Of a stretch of DNA of 64,000 nucleotides, positions 1 to 13,894 are shown piece after piece. Origin of the DNA: Adineta vaga (taxonomy: Eukaryota; Animalia; Rotifera); contig CP075495.1 of NCBI GenBank assembly GCA_021613535.1, forward strand, positions 1-64,000. Reading direction: 5' to 3'. Each line of letters begins with the position of its first letter. Within the stretch, counting starts at the first letter, position 1. Under the pieces are notes generated by a model, which made no database searches, was not told the DNA's origin, and worked only from the letters and a program-made list of their open reading frames with translations. A program made the position numbers and the translations under genes.

Positions 1-1147
1 CTGATGTTGGTTTTTCCAAATTTTATACATGACGAAGTAAGGTCGATAGCACCACAAGTGATGATTTCTACGAGAAAAGTAGAACGACACTTCAACGAGC
101 TTTGCTGGTTGCGATAAATTCTTAAATTATATTAGTCTATTCAATGATCCAACAAGACGGATGCTATTATATTGATGTTGTTAGATCTTTATTCTTATGT
201 AGAACAGTAAAAATGAGATTATTTTCTTTCGTAGCAATATATGAGTAAGCGAAAGCGTTATATAAATGTGCTGGAAGATTATAATTATGTATGTCAGCGA
301 AAGATGATCATTTTAAGCAGCACATACAAGATAAATTCAAGGTGAATATATACGAAATTTCTCAGCTATGTCTCTGCGTGTTATTCATTTAAGTCGTCTC
401 AATACTATCTAGTTAATCTTCGGATATTGTCCAGTGTTTCATGATAAACGTTGTACGTTTCGCTATCGAATACCAATACAGATTTCTGAAAATAATACCA
501 GAGAAGTTTTTACAAATAGGAAGATATCGGTCGTAGTAAAATAAGTCCTAAACTCGAACGAGGAAAGTTCGTCGAGAGACTCACCCAACTCTTTCTCATA
601 AAAACCGTGATCTACACAGTTCTACTGATCTTTTCATCTATCAATTTAAAAATCTGATCACAAATTCCGTTCCACTACAACGAGTATTTTTTTTGTTCGA
701 TCCTTATAAAAGTCTTTGTTTTTCCAAAAACCTGGTCCGCTCCTTAAAAAAACGATCCTCAAAGAGATTCTCAGCAACTAACAACAGATCTATGATCTTC
801 AACCTCGACTACCGTTTGATCAAGTTATATAGAAAATATTAATTGATAATTCATTAATAAGTAATCAGTAAATTCTTGATAACTAATTAAAACCGTCATC
901 AGATTTCAACTTACTACCCTCGATTATTCTTTAGGCAAGTTCTATGAAGAATAGTTATCTTTATCTCTAACTTATTCTTCGAGCACTCAGTAAAATGCGG
1001 ACATGCACGTAAATAATTTATTTTTTTAAGACTCTTCTACGAGCAAGAGAATATACTTACAACGAATTGCCTCCTTTTTGATTGGGCACATCGTCAAAAT
1101 ATGTTTTTTCGCCCATTGATCACGTGACGGATATATTTTTTGATGAC

Positions 1148-1368
1148 TGTAACGATAAAGATATCACCCCCTGAGGTGATATCAATATGTGATCATCTCT
1201 CCCAATCATGCGTATCCTCTTGTTCCTCTCTCTCTTCATCTTCCTCTTCCTCTCTCTATATAAGCGTGCATTGTATTGTAGAGTGGGGACACTCTGGGTA
1301 TGTGAGATAGCCGAATAAACATCTATACCGTGAGAAGCGGTCAGCTACTCAACCAGTTTGTCGTTACA
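1148..1368 (+). repeat. 5' LTR (221 bp)
   Basis: TG...CA ends, TATATAA and AATAAA inside; differs from the 3' LTR by a 6-bp indel in the TCTTCC tract and one substitution that I could see. Confidence 0.95.
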
Positions 1369-1380
1369 TGGCGACTCTGG
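1369..1380 (+). promoter_or_regulatory. Primer binding site, probably tRNA-Arg(TCT)
   Basis: TGGCGACTCTGG directly after the LTR is the reverse complement of CCAGAGTCGCCA, the 3' end I recall for animal tRNA-Arg(TCT). Confidence 0.75.
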
Positions 1381-2619
1381 CAGACGAACTTCCATCTATC
1401 CGTTCGAACATCCTTGCCAGGAATAACAACAACGATTATGAACCATATCAAGATCTACTAATTTGGTTGAATATGATGCAGTATTTAGAAGTTATTTGAA
1501 AAAATAAAAACAACTGGTGATACACAATTCAAGTTATGAATGATAGTTATACACAAGGACAAATTTAAAGCATTATTCAACTAGACAACAGAAAACGGTA
1601 AAAAAAATTTGAATTGATGAAAAGAAGAAAGGTTAAGATGAGAGCTGAAGAACATGACATTGTTAACAACTGCAGTATTATGTTGTTCGTACTGCAAAAC
1701 GATGTAACAGATCATCAGTTAACGTACTAAAGGACGGTTTGTTTTGTTGCCGACAGTGCGGCGCCCATACGCACTTCCTTATTAACATCAGTACGTTTCA
1801 TGTTTCTTCTTCTTGATTGTATACCTTATTCTTGCTTCATTCATTTTTTTTTCTCAATTCGATAAGTCAAATTTTCATTGATGAAAATGAAGGTGATTGT
1901 ATATCGGCCGTAAACGATCATCAATCATTTATTGTCAATGAGATGGTCAATCGATTATTATCTTTTTATCATCATCTGCATCTTATCCAAAATTGTCAAG
2001 ACAATGATTACCAATGCATCACATGTGAAGTTTATGTGTGAAATAGCTTTACATTCAGTCATCTTTCTTAGATAAAAAGATAGATTAAATCAAAATGGTA
2101 TATATCATTAGGGATTGTTCTAGGTATCGTTTATGCACTAGATTAAATTCCCTTTATGGCAAGGAAAATTATATTTAAATAAATGAATTAGGTGATCGAT
2201 AAATGTGAAATTAATACGTGTTATTTATTGGTTATTTATATTATGCTGGTGATTAAATCAATGATCAAAGGAAACTTATGACAATTAACTTTGAAAGTGT
2301 TGATTTCTGTATGAAATACCAAAGAAAAGCTCCATGTGAAGTCGAAAATTTTTATAGTCGTGTTGATTAACTAATGTAATGCTGTAGTTACTGTCGGTGT
2401 ATTGCTTGAAAAAAAAAAATTTTTTTGGTTCATGCTAAACAGTGTGCTCGAAATTATATGCTTAATAATTGTAACAGATAAGTTTGTTAATCTGAAGTTT
2501 TTCTGTATGTGTAACTTCTGTTCTGCAGTTTATTTCGTTTTTTTTTTCTTTTCATATTGTTATTTGTTTCTGATTATAGTGGTGTTATATGTAAAGACGC
2601 CCAGGAGTGCGTCTGCTTT

Positions 2620-2630
2620 GAGTGGGAGGG
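2620..2630 (+). promoter_or_regulatory. Polypurine tract
   Basis: GAGTGGGAGGG abutting the 3' LTR. Confidence 0.85.
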
Positions 2631-2845
2631 TGTAACGATAAAGATATCACCCCCTGAGGTGATATCAATATGTGATCATCTCTCCCAATCATGCGTATCC
2701 TCTTGTTCTTCTCTCTCTTCATCTTCCTCTCTCTATATAAGCGTGCATTGTATTGTAGAGTGGGGACACTCTGGGTATGTGAGATAGCCGAATAAACATC
2801 TATACCGTGAGAAGCGGTCAGCTACTCAACCAGTTTGTCGTTACA
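2631..2845 (+). repeat. 3' LTR (215 bp)
   Basis: Near-identical direct repeat of 1148-1368. Confidence 0.95.
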
Positions 2846-4611
2846 ATGACCTGGCTACATGTTATTGTGATTCTCTTTTGTCTACATTTTTTTAATTGAA
2901 TATAAGATAAACCTAAAATTTTTGATAGCTTTTTTATCTTTTTTTTCTTCTTTTCTAATTCTTTTTCCTTCTTCGCTTCATCTTGCTCGTGTTGTTTCTG
3001 TTGTTGTTGTTGTTGTTGTTGTTCATCTCCTTCTGAAAAAAATTGAACAGCATAAGAAGAATATTTGAAGAAAAACTATCAAAAATCACAATGAAAAAAT
3101 ATATCGATCGTTTAAAATGTCAAAAAACCTGAAATGCATTTTAATGCATTGTCTACGATGAATTATCAATGTGAATGTTACGATTTTTATCTAGTTTTCA
3201 TCAAATTTTTATTAAAAAAACACCACTTAAAATCGATCAAACTTTATTTACAACTATAAGTATGTTTTTAAAATTTCAATTGACTTTCACGAGTTTAATA
3301 GACTTCACATTCAATAATAGATTAAAAAAATATTCTCACAATTAAGTCGATGAAATTCTATTTTTCCATTTAAAATATCAATTAAAATAGATTCTTTTGT
3401 GTAGTTAATGAAAATCGATTTTTCTTTAAAAGAAATTTCTTGGAACCTATCTCTGATTTTTTCATTTGGATTCAAATCAACTAAACATCAAGAAGATGAA
3501 TTGAAGTCAAAATCTTTATCTATTTTTCATCGGATCGTTTTTTGTTTTTTAAACATGGATTATTGTTCATTTTTTTTTCATTATTTTATTTTTGAATTTT
3601 TTTTAATTTGTCTTCAAACATACCATTCGATTGATTAAAAACAACTCGAGGTAAATGAAAGACAAAATTTTCTGTATCAACTATTGTTCCATTTCTAAAT
3701 CATATTGAAAAACAAAAAATAATCTTTGAATAATCTTTAAATATCTACTTTTCCATTAATTTTTCTTTTAGATTTTCAATTTCGTTTTGTAAACTTCGAT
3801 TTTCATCTCTTGCGAGTTTAAGTTGATCTAATAATATTTGAAATGATAAGGTTGTTGGTGAATTCATATTATCATCACTAATATCATCATTATTCGATGA
3901 TATTATTGCTGATGATAATGAACTTGTTTCTCCTTGGTGTATTCGAGCCATTTTCTTGTTATTTATTTTGGATGGTGTTTCAAAATGATTTGAATTATTT
4001 TTTCTGTTATGTACAAATTCAAATTATACTCATATAGCGTCAACCATAAAAATGGTAAAAGGGAAGTAAATATCGGAACTGAATAATGATTGCTTTGCTT
4101 ATTCTGAAACGAGATAAAAGTTCTATTTAAAGATTAATTTTTATTATTATATTTATTCGTGTGCTTTTAATTACTTATTTCCCTCACAATTATACATGAT
4201 TGTCATGATGCACTGATCTTTTCTTGAGGTAATTTTTTGGCAGAAATAGATCTTATTAACATTGAATTTTCGCCTATTACTTTACAAAAATAAGAAAATA
4301 TTATCTAACATCAAATTATATAATCATTGAAGAATATGATAATCGTCTTAGTCAATGCAAAAGTATTAAAATATGATTGATTGTTATCAGTAGCACACTC
4401 CTCATGATAATGCATTATAATGCATTAAACAAATTTATTAACAATGCAATAAATCAGTTCAAATCAAGTATTTATTTTCAATTTCTAGATAACAAATATA
4501 GAGTCAAACCAAGAAGAAAACTATATAAACACGAAGTTATAGTTACAACAAAAGTACAATCTTCAGATATTCAACAGGACGTTATTTGTGGAAAAAATTA
4601 TGTAAACAAAA

Positions 4612-7020
4612 CTATGACATATCTTCAGATGTAACATTATGATCAAGATCTGATTGATCATCATCTTCATCTTTCTTCAATTCTTCATCATTTAACGTAC
4701 CAAAGCGTTCATAAACACATGGTGTCAAGAAAAATTCCTTGATTATATCACCAAAACATAGATATCCTAAACCAATTGTTTCTGAATTGATGCCGGTCAT
4801 TTTGCAGTTCAAAAGATGCAGCATCACTAATAACATTATTGTCGAATGTGGAAATGAGAAATTTCGTAATGCAAATTTCGCTCGGGATATATATTGAAAT
4901 GCTTGTTCAGCTGCTTGACTGTTTAAACCAATAAATCGTCCTTCATGTGATGGGTGATCAGATTTCATAATGGTTTGACACATTGCTCTCGAATGTGTTT
5001 TTTGATGGAAGTTATCGAGAGCAAGATGAATTGGAAGCTGTTGTGTTAATGTCGACGACTTAAGCATATCTGTACCTAGCCATTTATTCCAGTGGAGCTT
5101 CAATGTGCAGGCGCAATCATGTATTAGTGCATCTGGCATAAGAAAACCACCAATGATCATGAGTAAAAGATGACGAGTCACTGATCGCATTCCTATTAAA
5201 ACATGATAAACGAGAGTTTTTCACATCATTTCAAGATTTTCTAAGATTTTGTAACTCTAGAACATGAAATCTTATTTATAGAAGTTTTTAAATGAACATA
5301 CCTTCAGCTTTAATTGCTTCCGTAAAGCCTACTGCAACTCCACATGGATGATAAGATGCTAAGATGCCATACGTTTTATTTTTCTTTATTTCTTCGCTAT
5401 CATTACGATAGTTTTGGCATTGAGCTTTATGTTCTGACAGGAAATCTCTATCCCATATCTAAAATAACAAAAACAAATATAATTATTCTATCAAATTAAT
5501 ACAACAGAAATGAAATCTTATTCTATATGACATAGAAAATGTGTGTGAAACTTTTGAGTCGATCAAACTATTGGACAGATCACACTTGCGTAGTTGTCTG
5601 TACGAAACTAAGTCATATGACTTTCTAAGAAATGGTCCATCTTTGAGTTATAATAATTGAAAAGGTTGTAGGCTATCATATTGACTTGTAATAAGTCTAA
5701 TGAATATATTTCACATTATAGCATTTTACGATAGTATATCTGTCGAAGTATGTGTGTTCTTAACTTCTAAAACTGACTTAATTAGTATAGAACTATTACC
5801 GAGAATTCAGCAGCCCTTTCACTAGCTTTTTGTAAATCAAGAGACGGTGATGAAAGAATTGAGGGTTGATGATATCGACAATAAATTGCATCAACTAAAA
5901 TAAAGTAATATAAATGACAGCAATGAATAATTCTATATTTACTTGAATTCGATGATTGTATTCTTCGACAAGGTGTATATGGACAACCAATTTCAATTGA
6001 AGTCATTTCTTCAATGGAAGTATCGACAATATTTTTAAAACTACACACTAATCGTCGACACTTTTGATGTCCATCCACAATAATACATCGACTACAATTC
6101 GATGGAGAACACTTTATATTTGGAATTGACTTATGTCTTGACCAAAATGTAGTGAATAAATGATACCACCAACCAGAATAACATTCAAAATGATAATTAA
6201 GTTCATTTCGATTAAGTGAAACTGGTAAATTAACTAGTTGAGTTCGTCCTAACATGAATTCAAAACGTACAATTTGATATAATAACCAATGACTTTGAAA
6301 TAATTTTGCTAATGGAATTGGTTGAAGAATAATGTTACTGTTTTGATGTTCATAATTATATCGATCAATAAGTATTCGAGAAAACGATTGAAATGGACAT
6401 TGATCATGTAGAAGTTGACATGTATAATCGAAGAAAACCGAATATGTAAATGCGAACGAATCACACAAATAAAATACTTTGAATGCACTATTTAATGATG
6501 ATTTATTAATCTTTCGCCATCGATCTTTTAATGAATACCAAGATGAATGATTATAAATCAGTGAACATGTCTTACAGTCAGCTGTTACAGCTACTGCTCG
6601 ATTAATTTTAAAACAATCGATAACATGAATTAATTTGTAGCGATACGAAGTAAGAGATTTTGTACAATTAATACAAATGTTGGTAAATGGAAATAAGATC
6701 ATATCATTTAAAACATCCATTGTAATATGATTTATATCAAGTTTGATAACATTTCTCTCAAAATCTGACAGTAATAGCACTCGATTTATCATATCTTTAT
6801 TTATTTCAATCATGTTTGTCACCATCATAATATTTTCAGTTGTATGACTGCTGTCATATCGTTCATTTACTGCTTGTTTTATCAGTTGTGTTCGAGCTGT
6901 AGACGACAAAATTGTTGATGGAAAAGTTGACAGTTTCATATATAATCGACAAATATAAACTATAGATACTAAACCGATGGAACACCGAAGTGCTTCGATA
7001 ATATCTTCACCATTTGGCAT
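4612..7020 (-). CDS. CxC/KDZ (Kyakuja-Dileera-Zisupton)-type transposase, intron-containing
   Basis: N-terminal CxxC clusters; CSRCIIVDGHQKCRRLVC; IHDCACTLK; LDNFHQKTH; NSQAAEQAF; exons about 5890-7020, 5302-5460 and 4612-5192; junctions between ~5460 and 5890 unresolved. Confidence 0.75.
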
Positions 7021-7989
7021 CTAAAATAATAAACAACTTTTAGTAAGTATCCAAAATTAACTAAACAATAAGAATGTGCATTTTAATTAATAGCATGAAC
7101 TTTTCAAAACAACGTCAGTGGCTCTTATTATCTGCCAAATGAAAATGGTAATGGTCTGTGACGCATTGACTTTTAAGATGTTTCTATATTTTCGTTTTAA
7201 ATACATGCTTTTCCTGCGGTAATATAAACTATTAAAATACTATATTGTAGACTTGCCAGATGTTCATTTATTCTATACAACAAGTTTAAAAAAACAACAA
7301 TCACATTTATTACAGTATTATTAAACGATTGACTCAGCTGACAAAATTATCCTGTCTTTACATCTATATTTACCTTGATTGTAGTATGAAAAATGAACGT
7401 AATGTAGTTGATCAGTCGACTTTTATTATATGGACGTGTTACATTTTGATATTATCAATATGAGAAAAATGTATCTTTCTAAGTTCTTAATAAGTTTCAA
7501 TTTGATGTTTGATTTAAATTATTTACTGTCTAAATACACTAGGCTATAATACAATTTTTATCTTTCTGCCCTCGTCCGTCCGTTTGTTTCTTTCTCCGTC
7601 CGATTGTTTCCTTTTTTGTCCGTTTGTTTCTTTCCTTTCGAAATAAGAAATATATTTTTATACAAAACTGATCGATATATTTCCTTTCTTGAACAATATT
7701 TTCATGTGCTATAAAAATTAATTTTTATACGAGAAACAAACTGCAATGACACACAGATCATTTTTTGTAGAACAATTTCTTTTCATGTCAGTGGATGGAC
7801 ATTCACGGCATAATGAACGCTAACGGTTTTTTTCTTTTAAAAAAAAGATGTATACAAATGGTAATACATCATTGATGAAGATCAATGCATCCTTCACATT
7901 GTTTAATTAAAAAAAGTCTTTTTGATGTAAAAATCTCGAGTTTTACTTTTCTGAAATGATGACTGCTAAAGTAATTCAAAACAGTATAT

Positions 7990-10900
7990 GGGTGAATCCA
8001 TGAGGACCCAGCCACTTTTTGGAAAGGTCTTTTTTTTCGATTTTTTTTTGTTCAAAAGGTTGATCTCGACTAGAAAACACTTTTAGTTAAAAAAAATTAA
8101 GTACTCTTACCCAAAAACTCCGAGTTTTTGAGCATTTTCTCGGAACACCTATGGTGTATTTTTATATATAGAAAAATGTCGAGAAAAAGCGTGGAACTTC
8201 TTTAAAAGTATTCTTTTTGGAATTTTTTGGTTTTCAGAAATGTAAACAAAGTCTAGAAACATGTTTCCTGAGGAACATCAGACCAGTTCTATTGAAGGTT
8301 TCGGAGGCTCAGTCATTTTCTCTGAACATATCAATAGATATATTTCGTCAAGCTAGATTGTATTCAATTAAATTGAATAATTTTTATTTTCTTTTACTCG
8401 TGGAATACAACAACTTCCATGACACTATCCTAACAGAACGAAATCATACTAACGACTCTGCCCTGATAACTGAAAAGATTTGCTGTTATACTGTCTTTCA
8501 CAAATGAGACCATGGAATCGAAAGAGACATTACTATCGAAATGATAGATTTTCCATTTCTCTTTAAGGACATCTTTAGATATAGAGTCTTATTCATAAAT
8601 GTTGTGACTTCACACGAATAAGATTACGAGATGAATCATTGGATATTAGAAAATATCGACTGTCCATCAGTGCTTCTTTATTTTTTCAAAATCTATTCTA
8701 ATGCCGCGACGAAAAAATTGTGAACATCCGGTAAAGCATGATAAATCTGTATGTGTACCAAAAGGAGTAAAGACTGTGTCATCCGAATTATCGAAGTTTT
8801 TGATCAGTGAGTATGACGTAGCTCACACCCGATTTAGCTGGTTATGTCCAAGATATTATACATTTGAATCGAAGAAAATGATGACTCATCAATCAAAGCA
8901 GGAGAACAACAATGAAAGTTCTAGTGATGATGAATCAATGACACAAGGTTCCCCTGTTAATGATGACAAAAATGATGATGATTGTGTCGATGTGGAATTC
9001 AATGATCTAAGTGAAGAAGAGAAAGAGAATCCTCATATGGATAGTGGTATCTTAGCTGAGTCAAATGACGATGATGAATCGCCACCTGTCGATGAAACAA
9101 CTGACCATGAATCGATGGAAGAAGAGACAGATCATGATTTCTATGAAATCGAACACAAAAAAGACAAATCAATGAAAGAATTATCAAAGATATTCGATCT
9201 ATTGAACATAGAACCGATTCATGACAGGTTAGTTTATAAATTTAATTCGAATTTTTTAAAACGAAATTTGTATTTAGATCAGCAGTATTGCCCATTCGAG
9301 ACAAAGTCGATGAGGTGTATAGAAAACTCAATCGTTTATGCGACATACTAGACGGCAAGTCTCAAGTCTCGCACGATCCAAATCCTCACGGACTAACGAT
9401 ATGTGAATCAAATGAAGTTTTGGATGGTTTGAAGAAGTTATACGGTGACAGTGATGCTAATGAACAAGTTCGCTTGATGACAATTGCTCCCAAAGAGTGG
9501 GGTCGACAAAAAATCGAAAAATGGTGCGTATTTTATTCTCATGTCGTTCAATATCTTCGCATTTTTTCAAAAAATGTTACCAAAAATTTCTTTCACTTAT
9601 CAGGTTTGCATCAAAGCCAAATCAAGCTCGACGATCGCTTGTTCTTCGAAAAAACGATGGAATTTTAGCTTATCCACAATGTCTGCGAGGAAGTAATCGT
9701 CCTTTATCTAACTCAACAATTGATCTTGTGATCAAGTTCTATTGTGAAGATGGTATTAGTCGAGTCTCATCCAATTCCAAAGACACGATCAAAATCAACG
9801 GACAATCAGTAGCAGTTCGGTTTCTAGAAATGACTGTCTTGGATGCCTACCAAACATTCAACGAACGTCATCCTGATACGGTTTCAAGATCAACTTTCAA
9901 TGCTCTTCGTCCACGAGAAGTGAAGACTGCAACACCACATGACACATGCATGTGTATTATCCACGAAAATATGGATCTGTTATTGAAGGTTTGTGCTAGC
10001 CGTATATTGATTCGAATGTAACTTAACTTCATTATAGGCTTGGAACAATTACTACCGAAAATGTGCCGATGTAGGTTCTTTCTCAGCTAGTAATAAGATC
10101 AATATGAAGGATCTGATTACTCAAATGGTTTGCACTATTTCGAATGAAAAGTGCTTTAATGGTGAATGTGATGCTTGTCCAGAAGAAAACATCAGAGATA
10201 TTCTCACTGATAACTTTATATTGGATTTGGAGGACGAATGTTCATGTTCTTTATGGAAGAAAGTCAATAAAATATTCGATCTTCAGCAAATGTCTGGCTC
10301 GGTTGACTCTCTATTGACGGAAATTGAAGCAAGATGGTCTCCATTCTTGCTTCACACGCACATTAATCGTGAACAACGTGAATATATCAAAGACTTACGC
10401 TGTCAATCAACGGAAAAAACTTTTGCTGTGGCTCAGATAGATTTTTCAATGAATTACACACTCATACGTCAGCGTGAAGTTCAGCAAGGCTTTTTTAGTT
10501 ATCATCAAGCCACCTTATTTACAATCCATCTGACCATTGGGAAAGAACAGCGAAATTTGGCGATCATTAGCAATTATATGGAGCATACAACATCATTCGT
10601 GCATTGTGCACAGAAAATTCTCACCGCATTTATCAAGAAAAACTTTCCATTGGTAAAAAAGGTCAATTATGTGAGGTAAATCTTTTTTTAAATAGTTTAT
10701 GTACTACGTCAACCCTCGTCGTTCATTTAGTGATGGCGCATGTGCACATTTCAAGAACAATACCAGCATTTTAAACCTAATTCATCATAAGATGGACTTC
10801 GATTTGGATGCTTGTTGGACGTTCACAGCTACAGGTCATGGTAAAGGTGCTGGCGACGGTATAGGCGCCGTACTGAAGTCAGTCGCCAGACGTGCTACAC

Positions 10901-11663
10901 TTTCAAAAAACATTCTCATGTCAAATGCAAAAGACTTCTACGAATTCTCACAAAAACAACAACTTGAAACAGCAAGAAGATCTAACAAAGATATTCCTGG
11001 TGTTCATATCTTCTTTCTTGAATCGAATGAAGTAGAAGAAGCGAAGAACACTTTTCTGAAAGCTAGAAGCGAAAAACTTCGAACAACAGGTCAGAAAAGC
11101 TTTTGCTTTTGTCCCTTATGTCTGTATTAATTTAGGTACAATACAAGGAATTCGATCAATGCATGAATTCAAACCGATTAGCAACTCAATGGTTCAATGT
11201 AGTTCGACATCTCGTTCAACAAAAACCAGGACATTTACATTTAAATAAAAATCCTTTTTCTATCTTTTCTAGTCGATCAGATTTTTTAAAATTAGACTTG
11301 ACGATGATACTCAATATTCAGATAGATTGAACAGCTCTCTTCATTACCACCTTATATTAGATTTCTGTACTCTTGTGTTCCTCAGGAAACATGTTTCTAG
11401 ACTTTGTTTACATTTCTGAAAACCAAAAAATTCCAAAAAGAATACTTTTAAAGAAGTTCCACGCTTTTTCTCGACATTTTTCTATATATAAAAATACACC
11501 ATAGGTGTTCCGAGAAAATGCTCAAAAACTCGGAGTTTTTGGGTAAGAGTACTTAATTTTTTTTAACTAAAAGTGTTTTCTAGTCGAGATCAACCTTTTG
11601 AACAAAAAAAAATCGAAAAAAAAGACCTTTCCAAAAAGTGGCTGGGTCCTCATGGATTCACCC
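7990..11663 (+). mobile_element. Full-length Sola2-type DNA transposon
   Basis: 288-bp terminal inverted repeats 7990-8277 and 11376-11663 with no mismatch seen; GGG...CCC termini; 4-bp TSD ATAT; internal DDD transposase. Confidence 0.88.
8701..11248 (+). CDS. Sola2-like DDD transposase, about 6 exons
   Basis: QIDFSMNY...[32 protein letters not shown] motifs; CMCIIHEN and CFNGECDAC zinc-binding motifs; ORF pieces joined by ~50-80 nt GT-AG introns. Confidence 0.85.
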
Positions 11664-13894
11664 ATATGTTTTATTTTAAAACTATGAGAGTTTCCCTATT
11701 ATTAATAAAATTATATAGAGCCCTTGATTTAATCTATTTCAAAAGATAACTTTGCGTAAAAATGAAGAATTATATATTATATAAATCGTTTCAATTTCAA
11801 CAGATTATTCTTAACTTCCTTTAAGATAAGAAACATGCACTTCCAGTGTTATGATTGATGATGCTTTCTTTTTTATCGTTACAAAAAAAGATATGAAGAA
11901 CAGATAAAATAAATTAAAATAATTTAAAAAACAGTCCAAATTCAATCGTTATGATATAGATAATATCGATTTCGTTGGAAAAATAATAACAGATATACAT
12001 GATATTCCCTTTTCTGAAAGTTTCTACATGGACACACATACCAGTTCGCTTTTATTTTAAAAGATATATTTTTAAGCCCTAACAATCTTCTTTCAAAACG
12101 TTCAATCTTTAATATTCATACACTGACATCTGTGATGTTATGAATACATTAAAAAATATCGAATAAATGAGAATTTTTTTCGGAGAAATCCATTTATAAC
12201 TTTACATTTGATTTTCTTAATGAATTAGTAAAAAAAAACGTATCTTGTAGATTGTATCACAGAAAGTGTCAATGTACATTCCGACAAAGCACATCACATA
12301 TGATAAAATATCAAAAATCGTTGCTGCATATAATTACTATTCTTTTACATAGAAACGAGAAACAATCCTATCTCAATCATATATTCTTTTTCTCTCTGGT
12401 CTCGTAACATTGTGCGTTGTTTGTTCATTATAAAACAAGTGAAATTTCAATCCGATAGAGGTCAATCATTTGCGTCTTAGTTTATCTTGAAAAAAAGAGG
12501 AAAAATCAGTCCTCTTTTAGGATACAAAATATCTTGATGGAAAATCATTACAAATAGTTTGGAAATATGTTTCACAATTATGCTAATGTATCATCAACAT
12601 TTAAGTTGTAGAAGATATTGCCTATTTATCTGAAATAAAACTAATATAAATTATTCACATTCTGTCTCAGACGATGTAATTGTATTTTAAATTTATAGTA
12701 TAATTCTTCACTATATGTCCAATAACTAAGCACGATATCTTGACAAAATGATTACTTAAATCTTTAATAAAGACACTTACATACGTGGTATTTAATGTGA
12801 TGTTGAAAAGAAAAGAATTTAAAATGAGCAACAGTTTATATACGAGAGAAAAAAATTATACTAGCAAAAAATCATGAAGAAGTAAATATTAAAATTCCTG
12901 TTCAGCTCAATATTTATTTTCAAGAAGTGTTGGTAATAACCTGAATAAGTCCTAGACGAATAGTAGGTTTAATTAGATATTCAGTTCAATAATGATAGGA
13001 ATTTTAATCGTTCTTCAATAAAAACGAAACTAAAATGTCTCGAACTTATCCACATAGATCATCCTTAGACATAATACTGAAATAATTTCCGTCATACTCT
13101 TTATTATTTTGCAAAAGACTGTATTCTTTTGAAAATGTTAATTTATTAGAAAGTAGATTTAAAAAAGTCATTTTTCAACATGGTATGTCATAAGAAGACG
13201 AAGTATCGAGTCAGATGCTAATCAAAACTATAAGTTTACTTAAATGAAATAAGAAAATTTATTAACAAAAAGATTCTTTTCAGTAATGCAGAGATATATA
13301 TTTGCATGTGGAAGAAGCAAGAAATATCGTGTTCAATCGTTCCTATTCGTCTGACTTCTATATCTAAAAATTATGCATATAATATAGTTGCAAAATTGTG
13401 TCGATTGTTTTCTGAAACGAAGGAACAAATGAATTTGAAAATAATCATGCTCGTCAGTGTTTTTATTTGATAAAACGAACTGTACATGAGACGAGTCAAA
13501 TATATTACAGAACAATAATTGTTTTATATTTTCTGAGTTACTAAATACATATTGCAGAGCGTAATATTCAAATAAACCTATTATCAGGCAAAAAAGATGT
13601 GTGAGTTCATTCAATTGATGTTTTATTCACATTAAAACTTTACTGAATTTTCAGCGCAAATTTTTATATTACAAATTGATAAATCTAATAACACAGATTG
13701 ACATTTGTTGAATCTGTATTCTATTTGAAAGACCACTACTTCCTAGAAGGTCATCTTATAAGAAAAAGTCAATATGTTTTTTTGTGAGTAACATAACTGT
13801 TCTCTTTTTAATACTTCGCTAAACATACTGGAAGAAATTTGTGAAAGACATCAAAAATAATTTGAATTGTTATCTTTTTTTCTTTGAAATAACT

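Larger units (their letters stand above)
1148..2845 (+). mobile_element. Complete non-autonomous LTR retroelement (TRIM-like), 1.7 kb, no gag/pol
   Basis: Direct repeats 1148-1368 and 2631-2845, both TGTAAC...GTTACA; 5-bp TSD ATGAC at 1143-1147 and 2846-2850; PBS after the 5' LTR, PPT before the 3' LTR; no long internal ORF. Confidence 0.95.
930..4010 (-). pseudogene. Fragments of a multi-exon coiled-coil/polyQ gene, interrupted by the LTR element
   Basis: Coiled-coil ORF 3745-3951; exon ~2850-3033 reads EGDEQQQQQQQQKQHEQDEAKKEKE; coding-like sequence continues across the ATGAC insertion site (about one frameshift) to a GTAAGT donor near 1060. Confidence 0.35.

Noticed and set aside
2402-2787. 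ORFs overlapping the 3' LTR
   Set aside because: Low-complexity translations of LTR and AT-rich sequence with no gag/pol motifs
8217-8507. 96-aa ORF before the Sola transposase
   Set aside because: Starts inside the TIR at a non-ATG codon; no motifs
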